Assembly (NCBI GenBank): GCA_951406725.2
Contig: OX597820.1
Coordinates: forward strand, 120,094,001 to 120,158,000
Origin: Octopus vulgaris
Lineage: Eukaryota
DNA: 64,000 nucleotides
Reading direction: 5' to 3'
The notes beneath the pieces were generated by a model. It made no database searches and had not been told where the DNA came from. It saw only the letters and a list, made by a program, of their open reading frames with translations. The translations under genes and the position numbers were made by a program. This document shows positions 12,500 through 25,730 of this stretch, in pieces (the first letter of the stretch is position 1; every line of letters begins with the position of its first letter).

Positions 12500-12916
12500 T
12501 AGGCGTAGGAGTGGCTGTGTGGTAAGTAGCTTGCTTGCGAACCACATCGCTCCGGGTTCAGTCCCACTTCGTTGCACCTTGGGCAAGTGTCTTCTACTAT
12601 AGCCTCGGGCCGACTAAGGCCTTGTGAGTAGAATTGGTAGACGGAAACTGAAAGAAGCCCGTCGTACATATGTATATGTATATATGTGCATATGTGGGTG
12701 TGTATATGTTTGTGTGTCTGTTTTTGTCCCCCCCCCCAACATCGCTTGACAACCGATGCTGGTGTGTTTACGTCCCCGTAGCTTAGCGGTTCGGCAAAAA
12801 GAGACCGATAGAATAAGTACTGGGCTTACAAAGAATAAGTCCCGGGGTCGATTTGCTCGACTAAAGGCGGTGCTCCAGCATGGCCGCAGTCAAATGGCTG
12901 AAACAAGCAAAGAGAG
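12500..12916 (+). mobile_element. SINE family B, full length
   Basis: A box tggctgtgtggt, B box gggttcagtccc, CORE-like caccttgggcaagtgtctt, internal TA/TG tract and tail ggtgctccagcatggccgcagtcaaatggctgaaac. Confidence 0.93.
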
Positions 12917-12964
12917 GAAGAGAGAAATATGAAGATAGCCATTCTTATTATAGTGTCATTGGAC

Positions 12965-13160
12965 GTGGCACTCCGTCGGTTACGACGACAAGGGTTCCAT
13001 TTGATCCGATCAGCAGAACAGCCTGCTCGTGAAATTAACATGTAAGTGGCTAAGCACTCTACAGACAGGTGTACCTTCAACGTAGTTCTCGGGGGGAGGG
13101 GGAATCAGCGTGACACAGTGTGTGACAAGGCTGGCCCTTTGAAATGCAGGTACAACATCA
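12965..13160 (-). mobile_element. SINE family C, type 1 tail fragment
   Basis: Matches the 3' ~190 bp of 4961-5340. Confidence 0.8.
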
Positions 13161-13214
13161 TTGGTATATAAATAGCATAGGTGTGAGTATTTAAAGGCAT
13201 TGCAATGAATAGAA

Positions 13215-13574
13215 GCATTCCGTCGGTTACGACGATGAGGGTTCCGGTTGATCCGAATCAACGGAACAGCCTGCACGTGAAATTAACGTGTAAGTGGCTG
13301 AGCACTCCACAGACACGTGTACCCTTAACTTAGTTCTCGGGGATATTCCGCGTGACACAGAGAGTGATACAGGTACAACAGAAACAGGAAGTAAGAGTGA
13401 GAGAAAGTTGTGGTGAAAGAGTACAGCAGGGATCACCACCACCCCCTGCCGGAGCCTCGTGGAGCTTTTAGGTGTTTTCGCTCAATAAACACTCACGACG
13501 CCCGGTCTGGGAATCGAAACCGCGATCCTATGACCGCGAGTCCGCTGCCCTGACCACTGGGCCATTGCGCCTCC
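13215..13574 (-). mobile_element. SINE family C, tail type 1
   Basis: Near-identical reverse complement of 4961-5340. Confidence 0.92.
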
Positions 13575-14409
13575 AAATTTAAAGCCATTATCAGTTGGCT
13601 GATCAATTCGAGTCATGGTATTATGGTCATCTTTGGTTTTAGTATAGGAGGTGAGATACGGTTTTATGTAGGTTTACTTTAGATACTTCAGAGCCGGAGG
13701 GGAAAGAGGTACGATCGGTATTATAGTCTCAATTCTGAAACGAACTACAGGCCATTAAATGTACAAATATTTCAAAATATTTTGTTATTAACGAAAAGAT
13801 GTTTCTGCCTTCATTTTAGAATATTTGACAAACTCCGAAAAGTAGAGAACTCTTAATAACATTAAGTTATAAAAGAAATTCCGAACCGAACAAGCTGCTT
13901 TGATGTCTGACTGCATGATGATTTCGAGACTAGCATAATTTGAAATTCTGCATGTTGAAACAAGATTCTAAACACAGATTTCTTCCTGTAGCTATTTTGT
14001 TGCAGGCTTCATGCTGTGCTGTTCCGTCTTTCATCTTTTTCCTTTCGCCATAGTAACATATTTACTCTCCTACCCGCTACACACTTTTACAAATGAATAT
14101 GTGCGCTTCTATGAGTGTATGCATGCATTTCTAAAGTTTGTTGTTCAGAACATTTATTTTGAAAACACGACCGAAATGAAATTATAACAGCTTCGGCATT
14201 TTTTTCTTCCTCTTGTGTTGATACGATAAAAATTTCGACATGAAAGTGTAATTAATGTTGTGGTTTCCGTTAATCGGATTTTGAATTTGCATTCTGGTGT
14301 GGTATTAATAATAGTAACTCATCTTATTTAAAATTCGAACAGTTAACTCCAGTTCTGTGCCAAAACATGTAAATTACATTGTTTTTTAACTTGTATATAT
14401 ATATATATA

Positions 14410-14625
14410 TATTGGTATGTTTCGGGACGGTCATTTTCTTCTGGCCAAATAAACACAGGCACTGTATATTCGTTCTTCACTCGTTTATTATGGTTCTCAT
14501 TTTATGTCCATTGCGTAGACAAGGTACATAGAGTAAGAACAATGATAAATAAAATTAAAGAACGAAGATATTGCATCTGTGTTTACATGGCAAGACAAAA
14601 TGTCTATCCCGAAACATAACAATAT
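14410..14625. repeat. Imperfect foldback with ~95-bp arms next to (TA)n
   Basis: atattggtatgtttcgggacggtcatttt...taaacacag pairs with ctgtgttta...aaaatgtctatcccgaaacataacaatat. Confidence 0.7.
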
Positions 14626-15047
14626 CTGTTTTAGCACAGGATTTCACATCACATCAGGAATCTTTGAAGACAAATATAAGCGTGTGTGCATATGTGTGAA
14701 AAAACTACAGAAGGCTTGTTTTATAAGGTTAAAGAATATATTTGAGTCGTTATGTTAGAAAAATGTTATAAAATTTTGTGTATAATAACATAGTTTTTGG
14801 AGAAAAAAAGTTTTGTGTAAACTTTTCAAATTTCTCAAATTTATTTACCTACATCGTGTCATGTCTTCGTTATATATTGCAAAGAAGAGTTCCAGGCTGG
14901 GAGAGGAAATCAGGGATTTCTTCCGGTATAAGGGAGTTAATCGCTTTATATTTTTTCTTTTTTTCAATGAGATAAGTTTCTCTGTATAAGAACCAACCAC
15001 GTGCTTTCACACACCAACTTTCTCACCTATATATATATATATATATA

Positions 15048-15951
15048 CTAGCTGACGTACCTCGTAATTCCCGGGAAGCGAGGCTTATTCCTTGGGTCCG
15101 TTGTCATAGTCGTGTCGCTAATGCCATAACAAAAATACAAAGTATGTAGCGCGTAAAACGCTTTTTGTGTATTTACAGAGAATACCGAACTGTCTTACAC
15201 GGGGTCTTGTTTTTAAGGATTCCCAATAAGTTATGAATACCCAAATTGTGATATTAGTTATGTAATAACATGAAATTAGTTACCGGATAGTAAGAATTCA
15301 AATAAAGTAACCATGAAAAGGGCTTTAATACGTTCCCAGATTATATAGAACATAGGAGGAAATGCTAATAATATATGTATATCAAAATCGTGAAACATGT
15401 TATGTAATAACAGGCTAATCAGATATGAGATAATAACAGCTTCACGTAAATAACTCTGAAAATGGCTTTTGCGGGTTCGCAGAGAATATTATCTTCAGTG
15501 GTGCTGGTGTTGGTGTATTCGAGAATAAGTGAATAACCGAAATTAGTGGACCTATTGTTTAGGAAAATACTATTTAATTGTTTAAGAGTTGCACTGGATA
15601 CATTCCGATAGTAACGCTAACATTTCAATTACTAAGAAATAAGCACACTCAATTAGAATTTTACCAAATAATTTAGGAAAATGAATGGTTTAATTCCCTT
15701 GGCTATATAGAAGGATCCCTTCCAGGGACGAATGGTTCATTCCCTTTGGTTTTTAAAATAAAATATATTAGATGTATATAAGGATCTCTTCCAGGCGCAC
15801 TATTTTACAATCTGGGTATACCATGAGGTTTCCAGACATGAGTCCTTCTCATGCATCAAGTTTCATCAAAATCAATAAAACGATGTAGGAAGAGTTAGCT
15901 AACAACTCCACAAACACACCCACAGACAAAATTTCCCACATATGTAGTAGA
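15048..15951 (-). mobile_element. Non-autonomous Helitron-like element
   Basis: Minus strand starts TCTACTACATAT...tgtctgt and ends with a GC-rich imperfect hairpin plus CTAG|T. Confidence 0.6.
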
Positions 15952-15965
15952 TATATATATAAATA

Positions 15966-16084
15966 TTGGCCTGCTCGCTTAGCCAGCGATGTGGCGTCAT
16001 TCGAAGGCTAAAACAATTTAAACGCATTGTGACTAGCGATGTGTAGCAACATCTGATGGTCTAGTCGGTTACGTGATCACGTGA
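15966..16084 (+). mobile_element. Isolated type 2 tail (SINE C2 or partner LINE 3' end)
   Basis: Matches the reverse complement of 8653-8766. Confidence 0.75.
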
Positions 16085-16118
16085 TATATATATATATATT
16101 TTTATATATATATATATA

Positions 16119-16851
16119 TTTCTGTTCGGCTGCCGATGTTCAATTTCTTCAATTTCTGTTTGAACTGATTTCATATTCAGTGTAATGATATCGATTTATT
16201 TGCTAATCAGTGCCATGAAATTCATTTTTACCATGAATTAAGAAGTAAGAGTTTAATAGCTTTTAAATTTTGCAAACTTTTCGCAATTTTGTCCAATCAT
16301 AGGCCACGGACGCATTCATGCCGGTTTCCATAGAAATAAACCAAGCCAGAGAACCCATTTGTCTGCGATGAAGCGAGTCTTGACAAATTTATTCTACTCA
16401 CTTAGTTGGTGATGGATGTGCTAAAAATAGGCCTGAAATAGTCCTTAAATCACGCACCGAATCTTTTCTTGTTTTCGGTTTTGCACCATCGTATGAATTT
16501 ATGAATCCCCACGTGTAGAATACAAATTCGCAATTTTTTTCTGTAAATTCTCAAAATACATAAAGTTTTGAGGGGTTTATATGGCGTGCGTAAAACAGAA
16601 TTCCGTCAATATTTCATATTTTTTTTTTTACTGTTGACGACACTTGCTCTCATGCACAAAATTACATCTTCTAAATCCGATTTTCTGACAGGGTGGGAAT
16701 TATCAAACGTTAAACCTCTATAGCATTAAAAAGAAAATTCAGGGAAAAAGTGAAATATCTCAGATTCAGCTTGGAAAATTATACTAATGTGCCAAATTTT
16801 AAAATCTTCAAAAAGCTTTGAATTTTCGTAAATTGGCAGCTAAACTGAATA
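16119..16851. mobile_element. Possible old TIR element
   Basis: Imperfect terminal inverted repeats ttctgttcggctgccgat / attggcagctaaactgaa. No coding remnant seen. Confidence 0.35.
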
Positions 16852-16914
16852 CGCACCGCCACCGCACACACACACACACACACGCGTATGTATATATATA
16901 TATATATATATATA

Positions 16915-17322
16915 TACTCTCTTTTACTCTTTTACTTGTTTCAGTCATTTGACTGCGGCCATGCTGGAGCACCGCCTTTAGTCGAGCAAATCGACCCCGG
17001 GACTTATTCTTTTTGTAAGCCCAGTACTTATTCTATCGGTCTCTTTTTGCCGAACCGCTAAGTGACGGGGACGTAAACACACCACCATCGGTTGTCAAGC
17101 AATGCTAGGTGAACAAACACAGACACACAAACACACACACATACATATATATATATACATATATACGACAGGCTTCTTTCAGTTTCCGTCTACCAAATCC
17201 ACTCACAAGGCGTTGGTTGGCCTGGGGCTATAGCAGAAGGCACTTGCCCAAGGTGCCACGCAGTGGGACTGAACCCGCATCCATGTGGTTGGTTAGCAAG
17301 CAACCACACAGCCACTCCTGCG

Positions 17323-17326
<4 letters not shown>
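16915..17326 (-). mobile_element. SINE family B, full length
   Basis: Match to family B consensus. Confidence 0.93.
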
Positions 17327-17354
<28 letters not shown>

Positions 17355-17355
<1 letters not shown>

Positions 17356-17542
17356 TTTATTTTAAGCAGAAATTCAAATCTGATTGAGTTTTCTTCTTCA
17401 TCAGACAGTTTTTGCTAGCAAAAACTGTCTGATGACGAACGAACTCAATACGATTTTGTTAATTTTCTGTCTTAAAATAAAGCATATTACTCTACCACTG
17501 GTATTTGAGTACTCTTTTTCCACCTTGTTTCACATATGTGTT

Positions 17543-17545
<3 letters not shown>
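17355..17545. mobile_element. Short foldback plus Penelope-like terminal segment; second terminal copy at 38943-39020
   Basis: Hairpin tcatcagacagtttttgc-ta-gcaaaaactgtctgatga. The segment aaataaagcatattactctaccactggta.ttgagtactc is repeated at 38943. Confidence 0.6.
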
Positions 17546-17606
<61 letters not shown>

Positions 17607-17790
17607 TATATAAAAAATATTATTTCTCTTGAGTCATTTAGGTTTTATGTTATTCTACATAGAGAAGTTTGTTGGTTTGTTGATACTTTTCACTTTTTTA
17701 TGGTATGCAGTTCATAGTTGTTCAACTAAAATAGTTTGTTCGCATGAAATGTCTACCAGTAACATTTTGGCTTTATATCGAGTACATATA

Positions 17791-18174
17791 TACTCTTTTA
17801 CTCTTTTACTTGTTTCAGTCATTCGATTGTGGCTATGCTGGAGCACCGCCTTTAGTCGAGCAAATCGACCCCGGGACATATTCTTTGAAAACCTAGTACT
17901 TATTCTATCGGTCTCTTTGCCGAACCGCATCGGTTGTCAAGCGATGTTGGGGGGGGGGGATAAACACAGACACACACAAACACATACACACACATATATA
18001 TATATATATATGAAGGGATTCTTTTAGTTTCCATCTGCCAAATCAACTCACAAGGCTTTGGTCAGCCCGAGGCTATAGTAGAAGACACTTGCCCAAGGTG
18101 CCACGTAGTGGGATTGAACCCGGAACCATGTAGTTGGAAAGCAAGCTACTTACCACGCAGCTACTCCTGCGCCT
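17791..18174 (-). mobile_element. SINE family B
   Basis: Match to family B consensus with a small internal deletion. Confidence 0.9.
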
Positions 18175-18949
18175 ATATATATATATATATATATAATATC
18201 GCAGGACATATCATTAAGGACAGTGAACATTATGCATCTTAGTCCATATTTATAGCTGCTCACTTACACTTTTTTTTTTCATTTAGGTAACATCGTGCAA
18301 CTCTGATACGAATAAAATGCATAAATTCATGAGATTTGATCAGCGAAACTTCCATACAAGCAAATAATCTCGGGGTGAAGCCTTCGTTGATAACAGAAAT
18401 ATATAGCATACAAAATATAAAGGGCCCAGTTGTAAGAGGAAATTCTCATCAATTTCACCTAATCAGAATTTATAGTTATTTTTTCTTCTGCACAGGAAGC
18501 AAAAGACCTTCTCGGGCACAGTGAGAATATAGAAAGAATGATTCGAAATGTTCCAACTACATATTTTCTCAGCATGCTGTAGTGTTATCATTAGCAGGCA
18601 AAAGGCATGCCTCTTTTTCCGTAGGATTTATGTATACAGAATGTATGTATGTTATTATTCAAGATTTCTAGCCAATAGACAAAGAACCAAGAACCGCTTT
18701 CTAACCTAGACCCAAGCCTCCTTCATTGGAATTTCAACATCAACAACAGGGTACTTTTGTTTGTATGTATGTACAGATTTGTATTTTTTTACGTACGTAT
18801 TCTCATGTACGTATTTACATATCTTGATATGCACATATATATTTAAATAATGAACTAGAAATTTTCATAGATTTTTACAGTTCCAGTGATGGATTAGATC
18901 TGTAGTCTTCGAATAAGCTTTCTGGTTTTCAGAAGCCTAATTTCTCCTT

Positions 18950-19760
18950 CATCGATTACGTTTGGCGAACTGCTGTTTAATTTTAGCGATATCCTTTGGC
19001 AAACCACCAAGTTGTTTTATCGTTCTCCTTTGGCGAACCACTAATGTTATTTTATCTAATTCATTTGGCGAACCGCTAGGTTATTTAATCGATGTTGTCT
19101 GGCGAACCGCTGATTTATTTAATCGGTCACGTTTGGCGAACCGATAACATTTGGCGAAACTCCAAATTATTTTATCAATCGTGATTGGCGAATCACTACT
19201 TCATTTTATCGATTTCGTTTGGCGAACCGCTAGGTTACTTTATAGACCTCATTTGTCGAACCGCTAAGTTACTTTATCGATCTGTTTTGGTAAACCGCTA
19301 AGTTATTTTATCGAAATTCTTTCGCGAACCGCTAAGTTATTTTATTCATCTGTTTTGCCGAATCGCTAAGTTATTTTATCGGACATGTTTGGCGAACTGC
19401 TAAGTTATTCTATCGAATTCGTTTGGCGAACCGCTAGGTTATTTTATCGATCATGTTTCGGAACTGCTAAGATATACTATCGATCACGATTCGCGAACGG
19501 CTAAGTAATTTTATCCATCTCCTTTGGCGAAGCGCTAAGTCTCTTCATCAATCATGTTTGTCGAACCGCTAAGCTATTTTATCGATCTTGTTTGCCGAAC
19601 CGCTAAGTTATTTAATTGATCACGTTCGGTCACCCGCTAAGTTATTTTATCGACCACGTTTGGCGAACCTGTAAGTTATTTTATCGATATCCTTTGGCGA
19701 ACCGCTAGAATATTTTATCGACACGTTTGGTGATCCACTAAGTTATTATACCGACCATGG
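18950..19760. repeat. Minisatellite of about 24 diverged 34-bp units derived from SINE B
   Basis: Unit ~ttattttatcgatcacgtttggcgaaccgctaag; compare SINE B minus-strand ttattctatcggtctcttttgccgaaccgctaag. Confidence 0.9.
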
Positions 19761-21167
19761 TCAACGATTCGTACTTCTACCATGATATATAAAAACTTCG
19801 TAATATGTAATGGTAATATTACCTCATGGTTGGGTGACGGCAATTTTTTCTGCCCTTAAACAGGATTTTATCCTTTATATATACTGTTCAGTATTTACGT
19901 GTAGAAAAAAATATTTATCTTTCTACTTGTTCTACACAGAAAAAGAATTTTCCACTGAGTCAGTGGAAATTATCTTAGAATTATCTTAGAGTGTAGGGCT
20001 GTTAATTATCTTAGAATCTAGGCTTGTTAATTATAATTCTTGTGAATTTCAGAGAAGTTTTTTTACGAGATTGTGAACTGTAGTTTGTAGAGGATATGAT
20101 TGATTATTTGGACGAATTGGTTGCTTGTTACAATTATTAATTCTGTATTTTATGTCTGCAGTCTGTTGAATTCTAGTTGATTCAATGTTGCTTAAGGCTT
20201 TTAAATATCAGCCTCGTTGTCTTTGACTGTTTCCATGCATTTCACACTCATTACCGTTATGTATTTATCGGTAATCCAAAATGTTAGTATCAGATTCATA
20301 TTTAGTACACTAATGACTGAGGTTATTGACTATTTATTCTAGCTATTTCAACTACAACAGCCTGCTTCAGTAAATATATAAATAATTAAGTAACTAAAAT
20401 CCATTCCTAATATATTATTCAAATGAAGTTGGCAACAAATTTTATGACAGAAATTAAGAGCGTTGTGTTTGCAACATAAATAAATGAGAAAATATGAATA
20501 ATTGTTTTAAAATACATTAAGGTCCGCGCCACTGCTTTTCCTTTTTCCGTTGTACTACGCACACACATACACAAATAAATATATACATGCTTATATACAT
20601 ATACCTCACATGCATCCATGCATATTTATGTGCAAGTACGCATATAAGCATACACGTTGTTGTCTTATCTCTATTCTCAATATAACGGCAGGGAATATTA
20701 CTATTTTACGATCACTACTTCAGCTTGACAATTTGTCAAAAAGAAACAAAAATGATGAAGAAACTATCAAGTAAATAAACTAAAAACACAACAAGAAACA
20801 ACAAGAAAACGCTTCAGCAATAAGTACATCGCTAAATTTATGATTAAGGAAATTGCGTTGGTATGGAATTTCAGTTCACTGATAATCCACAAGGTTATAA
20901 CAACATAAATATGTAGCACACCTGCAGAGTGTTTTTAGTAACGTCAGGATTCCTTCATCCAGCAGTAATGTACTCTCTAAACCCAGCTATATCACATGAT
21001 AACATACATATATTATACATATACACCTACGCATATATAACCATGTACGCACTTATAGGTCTTCACTGACAAGCAGGAACACGCAAACGCTCGCGCCCTC
21101 TCTCTCTCTCTCAACCCCTCTCTCTTTCACCACACACAAACGCACACACTCATGCATGTGGCTGTCT

Positions 21168-21241
21168 GTGGAGGCACATGGTCAAGTAGTTAGAGCAGCG
21201 GACTCGCGGTCGACGGATCGTGGATTCGAATCTCAGACCGC
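21168..21241 (+). mobile_element. SINE family C head fragment
   Basis: gtggaggcacatggtcaagtagttagagcagcggactcgcggtcga...gaatctcagaccg. Confidence 0.85.
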
Positions 21242-21377
21242 GATAACTTTTTGGAACAATAGGTCTTAAAGCAAGTACAGCTGTTATAAAATAAAATCAT
21301 TTCACGTTCTTTCGAAATTTATAAATTATGCATATATACATACATAATACATACATACATACATACATACATACATA

Positions 21378-21686
21378 GTGGAGGCACATGGCCTAGTGGT
21401 TAGAGCAGCGGACTCGCGGTCGAGGGATCGCGGGTTGGAATCTCAGACCGGGTGATGTGTGTGTTTATGAGCGAAAACACCTCAGCTCCACGCGGATCCG
21501 GCAGAAGGTAATGGCGAAACTTCTGCTGACACTTTCGCCACAACTTTCTCTCACTCTTTCCTCCTGCATCTTGCAGGTCACCAGCGACGGACCGGCGTCC
21601 CGTCCAGGTGGGGAACCTATACGCCAAGGAAACCGGGAAACCGGCCCTTATGAGCCTGGCATGGCTCGAGAAGGAACAAACACCAA
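21378..21686 (+). mobile_element. SINE family C, tail type 3
   Basis: Matches 24211-24521 and the reverse complement of 44508-44815. Confidence 0.92.
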
Positions 21687-21993
21687 ATGTGGCTGTCTAG
21701 TCCGGATGATATGGATTTATCGTTAATGCATGTGTGTGAGCGCACGCGTGTAACGGTAAATATTAGTGATTACTCATGTGAGGCTTCGTGATGATGTTTT
21801 TTGATTGTGTTAATAGATAAGGTGCATAGTTTTATTAGTATGGTCGGTTATCCGAAGTAAATGCGCGGTTGAAATATTGAGATGAAGTTATTCAAAATAT
21901 TGCATTACAAGCAGATTCATATCAAGCAAAGAGAAAACAATCATGCACCACGCCAAAATAAAATATGGCCTGACAATCTCTCCCTCTCTCTCA

Positions 21994-22056
<63 letters not shown>

Positions 22057-22096
22057 TGTGTGTCTATGTGCATATTCATGTGTGTATGTATATATG

Positions 22097-22136
<40 letters not shown>

Positions 22137-22217
22137 ACATAAATAATATATAAACATGCATGATTTCCAAGTAAGTTTTATCTATCTACCTATCTATCTG
22201 CCTATCTATCTATCTGC

Positions 22218-22284
<67 letters not shown>

Positions 22285-22304
22285 CTGTCTATCTATCTAT
22301 CTAT

Positions 22305-22352
<48 letters not shown>

Positions 22353-22365
22353 ATATATATGTATG

Positions 22366-22430
<65 letters not shown>

Positions 22431-22451
22431 GTATGTGTATATATATATATA

Positions 22452-22494
<43 letters not shown>

Positions 22495-22965
22495 ATATAT
22501 ATATATATGTAGATATACCTATTTTGTGAATGCATATATGTGTGTGTGCGTGTTTGTGTGTGTATGTGTGTATGAATGAAATGCAATTTTAAAGATATAC
22601 CCACACTGAAGCACACAGATATACACGCACACACATACATGTATATGCCTACATACGTCAGAGTGATGTATTTGAAGAGGGGCAGCAGATTGTAGAAAAT
22701 GTCACCGGTATCTGTTTTGTGTAAAACATTAACAGATTCTATCTTGATGGATAATTAGAAAATATTTCTGCTAAACATTAAAATAGTTGCCATGTTTTCA
22801 CTCAGAATTTATTATTTTTGATTTTTTTAAACATATATTTTGCACTTTTTGGTCATCCCATACATTCTTCTTCTCTTCAAATTTTATAATTCTTTCACAA
22901 TGTAAATTCATCCGGAATTTCGTGGATCTTGTGCTGTTGTTTTATATGCAGGTTTTATTATAAAA

Positions 22966-23355
22966 CTAGCAGCTTAGCCCGGCGTTGCTCGGGTTTGTTT
23001 CGACCCTTTAGAATTAGAATTTTTGAAAAGTAAAAAATTTTGCATTATGTAGCTTTTTATCCTCTTTATGTGAACATTTTTCTGTTTGAAATACACCGAA
23101 AAATGGCGACACAGCAGTCAAAAAATCGTAAAAAATAGGGATTTTCATAGAAAAAAAGACCTTTTTGATGGAAATAATTTTTGGTGTTAACATGGTCCGA
23201 TTTGAATTTTTTCTTCTAATGAAGGAAGAGCAAGCCTTCTTCTATCATACTCTCAATTTTGGTCAACTTGCGCCGGAGGGTCTCGGAGGTGATAGTGTTA
23301 GTAGAAGGCTACCAAACCTGCCATACACAGACAACTTCAGCTTTATATAGAGAGA
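22966..23355 (-). mobile_element. Non-autonomous Helitron-like element
   Basis: Minus strand 5' TCTCTCTATATAAAGCTGAAGTTG; 3' acaaacccgagcaacgccgggc...gCTAG|T. Confidence 0.8.
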
Positions 23356-24210
23356 TGATTCTGTTTTGCAAAACGTTTCACTTTTAAAATGGACGTACTT
23401 TTATTCACACGAATAAAAAGTAGATACATATACATAAGTTATTGTTCCATTAAAGTATGTTCAGTAAAGAAGCATAATATACGTATGTGTGTGCATGTGT
23501 GCGCGCGTGTGACACAGCTAATGTGTTTCCGCATTTGACTGATGTAACACTTGTATTAGAGCTCATACAAAGACAGAAAATCATGGAACTTATTGATGAG
23601 AGAATATTTTCGTTTTTGGACCTTGCCGACGTATTCCTCTTATATGATTAAAAGCCTTGCGGAGTATATGATTGCACTGGAGAACATATAATAATTATCC
23701 TCTGGAGGAATTACAAAGAACGGCTGTATTTTCTTTTTGATTTCCACAATGGTTTATGCTATTGAATCTGCAAAACAAACAGTACAATAACGTTTAGCTC
23801 TGCGTTGTATGTTCTACTTAGAGTTGGTGTTTCGCTTGTTATCTATATAATACTTTCGTAGAATGCCTGTATAAATTGAATTCATAACATAGGTCTGTGT
23901 ATATGCACAGGAAGCCTTTTTAACGAGCGTCTTCTGTTCATCAAGCTACAATCTCAAGACGGAATTAAATCCTCATTACGTAATCTCTAAATACATGCCG
24001 ATGTCACAGTACTACAATGACATGTAGAACGGATGTCTTCTTGTAATAAGCTAATTGTACAGGAGCATTTCATAATCACATTGGCGAGACAACCTACCTA
24101 GAATGACTAAGACATTGCGAAAGGTTCAGACACAGACGAATGTCCGTTTCGCAATACTATTGGCTATTTCTATTTGGAGTACAAAGTATATAGGCAATTC
24201 AATGAATATA

Positions 24211-24521
24211 GTGGAAGCACATGGCCTAGTGGTTAGAGCAGCGGACATGTGGTCAAGGGATCGCGGGTTCGAGTCTCAGACCGGGTGGTGTGTGTGTGTG
24301 TTTATGAGCGAAACACCTAAGCACCACGCGGCTCCGGCAGAAGGTAATGGCGAACTTCTGCTGACTCTTTCGCCACAACTTTCTCTCACTCTTTCCTCCT
24401 GCATCTTGCAGCTCACCTGCAACGGACCGGTGTCCCGTCCAGGTGGGGAACCTATACGCCAAGAAACCGGGAAACCGGCCCTTATGAGCCAGACATGGCT
24501 CGAGAAGGAATAAACAAACAA
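24211..24521 (+). mobile_element. SINE family C, tail type 3
   Basis: TSD caatgaatata at 24200-24210 and 24522-24532. Confidence 0.93.
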
Positions 24522-25308
24522 CAATGAATATAGATGATTGTTATTCCAGAGACTTTCGTTTGCTCAAGGTAGTGGCTGAAAGGAATCCGAATGATTTATT
24601 GCATCTATAGTTCTCATCTCTACTATTATTCTCTTTCTCAAGGTCTATTTGATTGGTGCTCTTTTCAAACACTTAACTACAGAACACAGTTCAAAATATG
24701 ATACAAATACTGAGGAAGCTGAAGAATTCGATTGTCTTCAGAAAACTATAAAAAGAGAACAGACACAGGTTTCGCAAGATTTTAGTAAATAAAGCACTAG
24801 TTGATTGATTATTATATCAGATTTATATTATAATAATGAGGTATACGATAAACAATTGTGGTAAGGTTTTCTCATACTTTATATGAAGATTCAAGATGCA
24901 AATATATATTTCCAACCTCGAAATTTTACGACGAACAAATACAGAAAGGAACTAATCTTATATTGTCGATATCTGCGAATTCTAACGGTTCAAATTTCAA
25001 TGTCATAAAACACATCGACAAAACAACTGAATAAAGAATTATCGTTGTTGTTGTATGTCTTACATATTTTTATTCGACTTTTTCTATTCTTTTAATCCAC
25101 GTATTTTTCTGATAGTAAAATTTTAACGAAATAATATTCGTTTTATTAGTTTGCACTAAAAGTTATAAAATATTTGTTTTATTCTTATCGCAACAAAAAC
25201 CGACAAGTTGCATTAAACAAAATACTGTATTGTGAATGATTTTAGAATTTTTTCAAAACTTTGAGAAAATAAACATTAAATGAGTGATTGAAATAGAGAG
25301 AAAAGCAG

Positions 25309-25730
25309 GGATCTTTTCGGTTTGAATGGCAGTTTTTAACATAATTTCTAGGTAACTAAAAAATTTTAAACTTCGTATACTGGTAGAATGTGTTTATAAA
25401 ACATCTTTTTCTCTTGCCTTTATTGAGAAAAGTCTATAGTTTGTAAGATATTTGTTGTTTTTTTCTTCAATTTCTGCAATTTCAACCAATCACTGACGTG
25501 TATTGAAGTAAAAAGAAATTCTATGCCGTATGAATATGTCCCTCGTTTAAGAAACATATTGGGTTTATTTACATTTGTGAAGAAAAAAGATACCCTTCCT
25601 CCCACCCCTAACCCTAACCCTAACACTAAAACAGATTGAAATGCAATAGATCGATACTAGGGTCATAATTATGGGTGACAATTTCATATGTCACCGCTAG
25701 AAAAAACTGCCGTTCAAACCGAAAAGATCC
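25309..25730. mobile_element. MITE with ~29-bp TIRs, 7-8-bp TSD and internal (CCCTAA)3
   Basis: TIRs ggatcttttcggtttgaatggcagttttt / aaaaactgccgttcaaaccgaaaagatcc. TSD aaagcag(g). Second copy at 63616-64000. Confidence 0.9.

Noticed and set aside
18950-19760. CRISPR-like look of a conserved block alternating with a variable block
   Set aside because: The variable part is only ~9 nt and homologous between units, the unit derives from a SINE, the context is eukaryotic and there are no cas genes.
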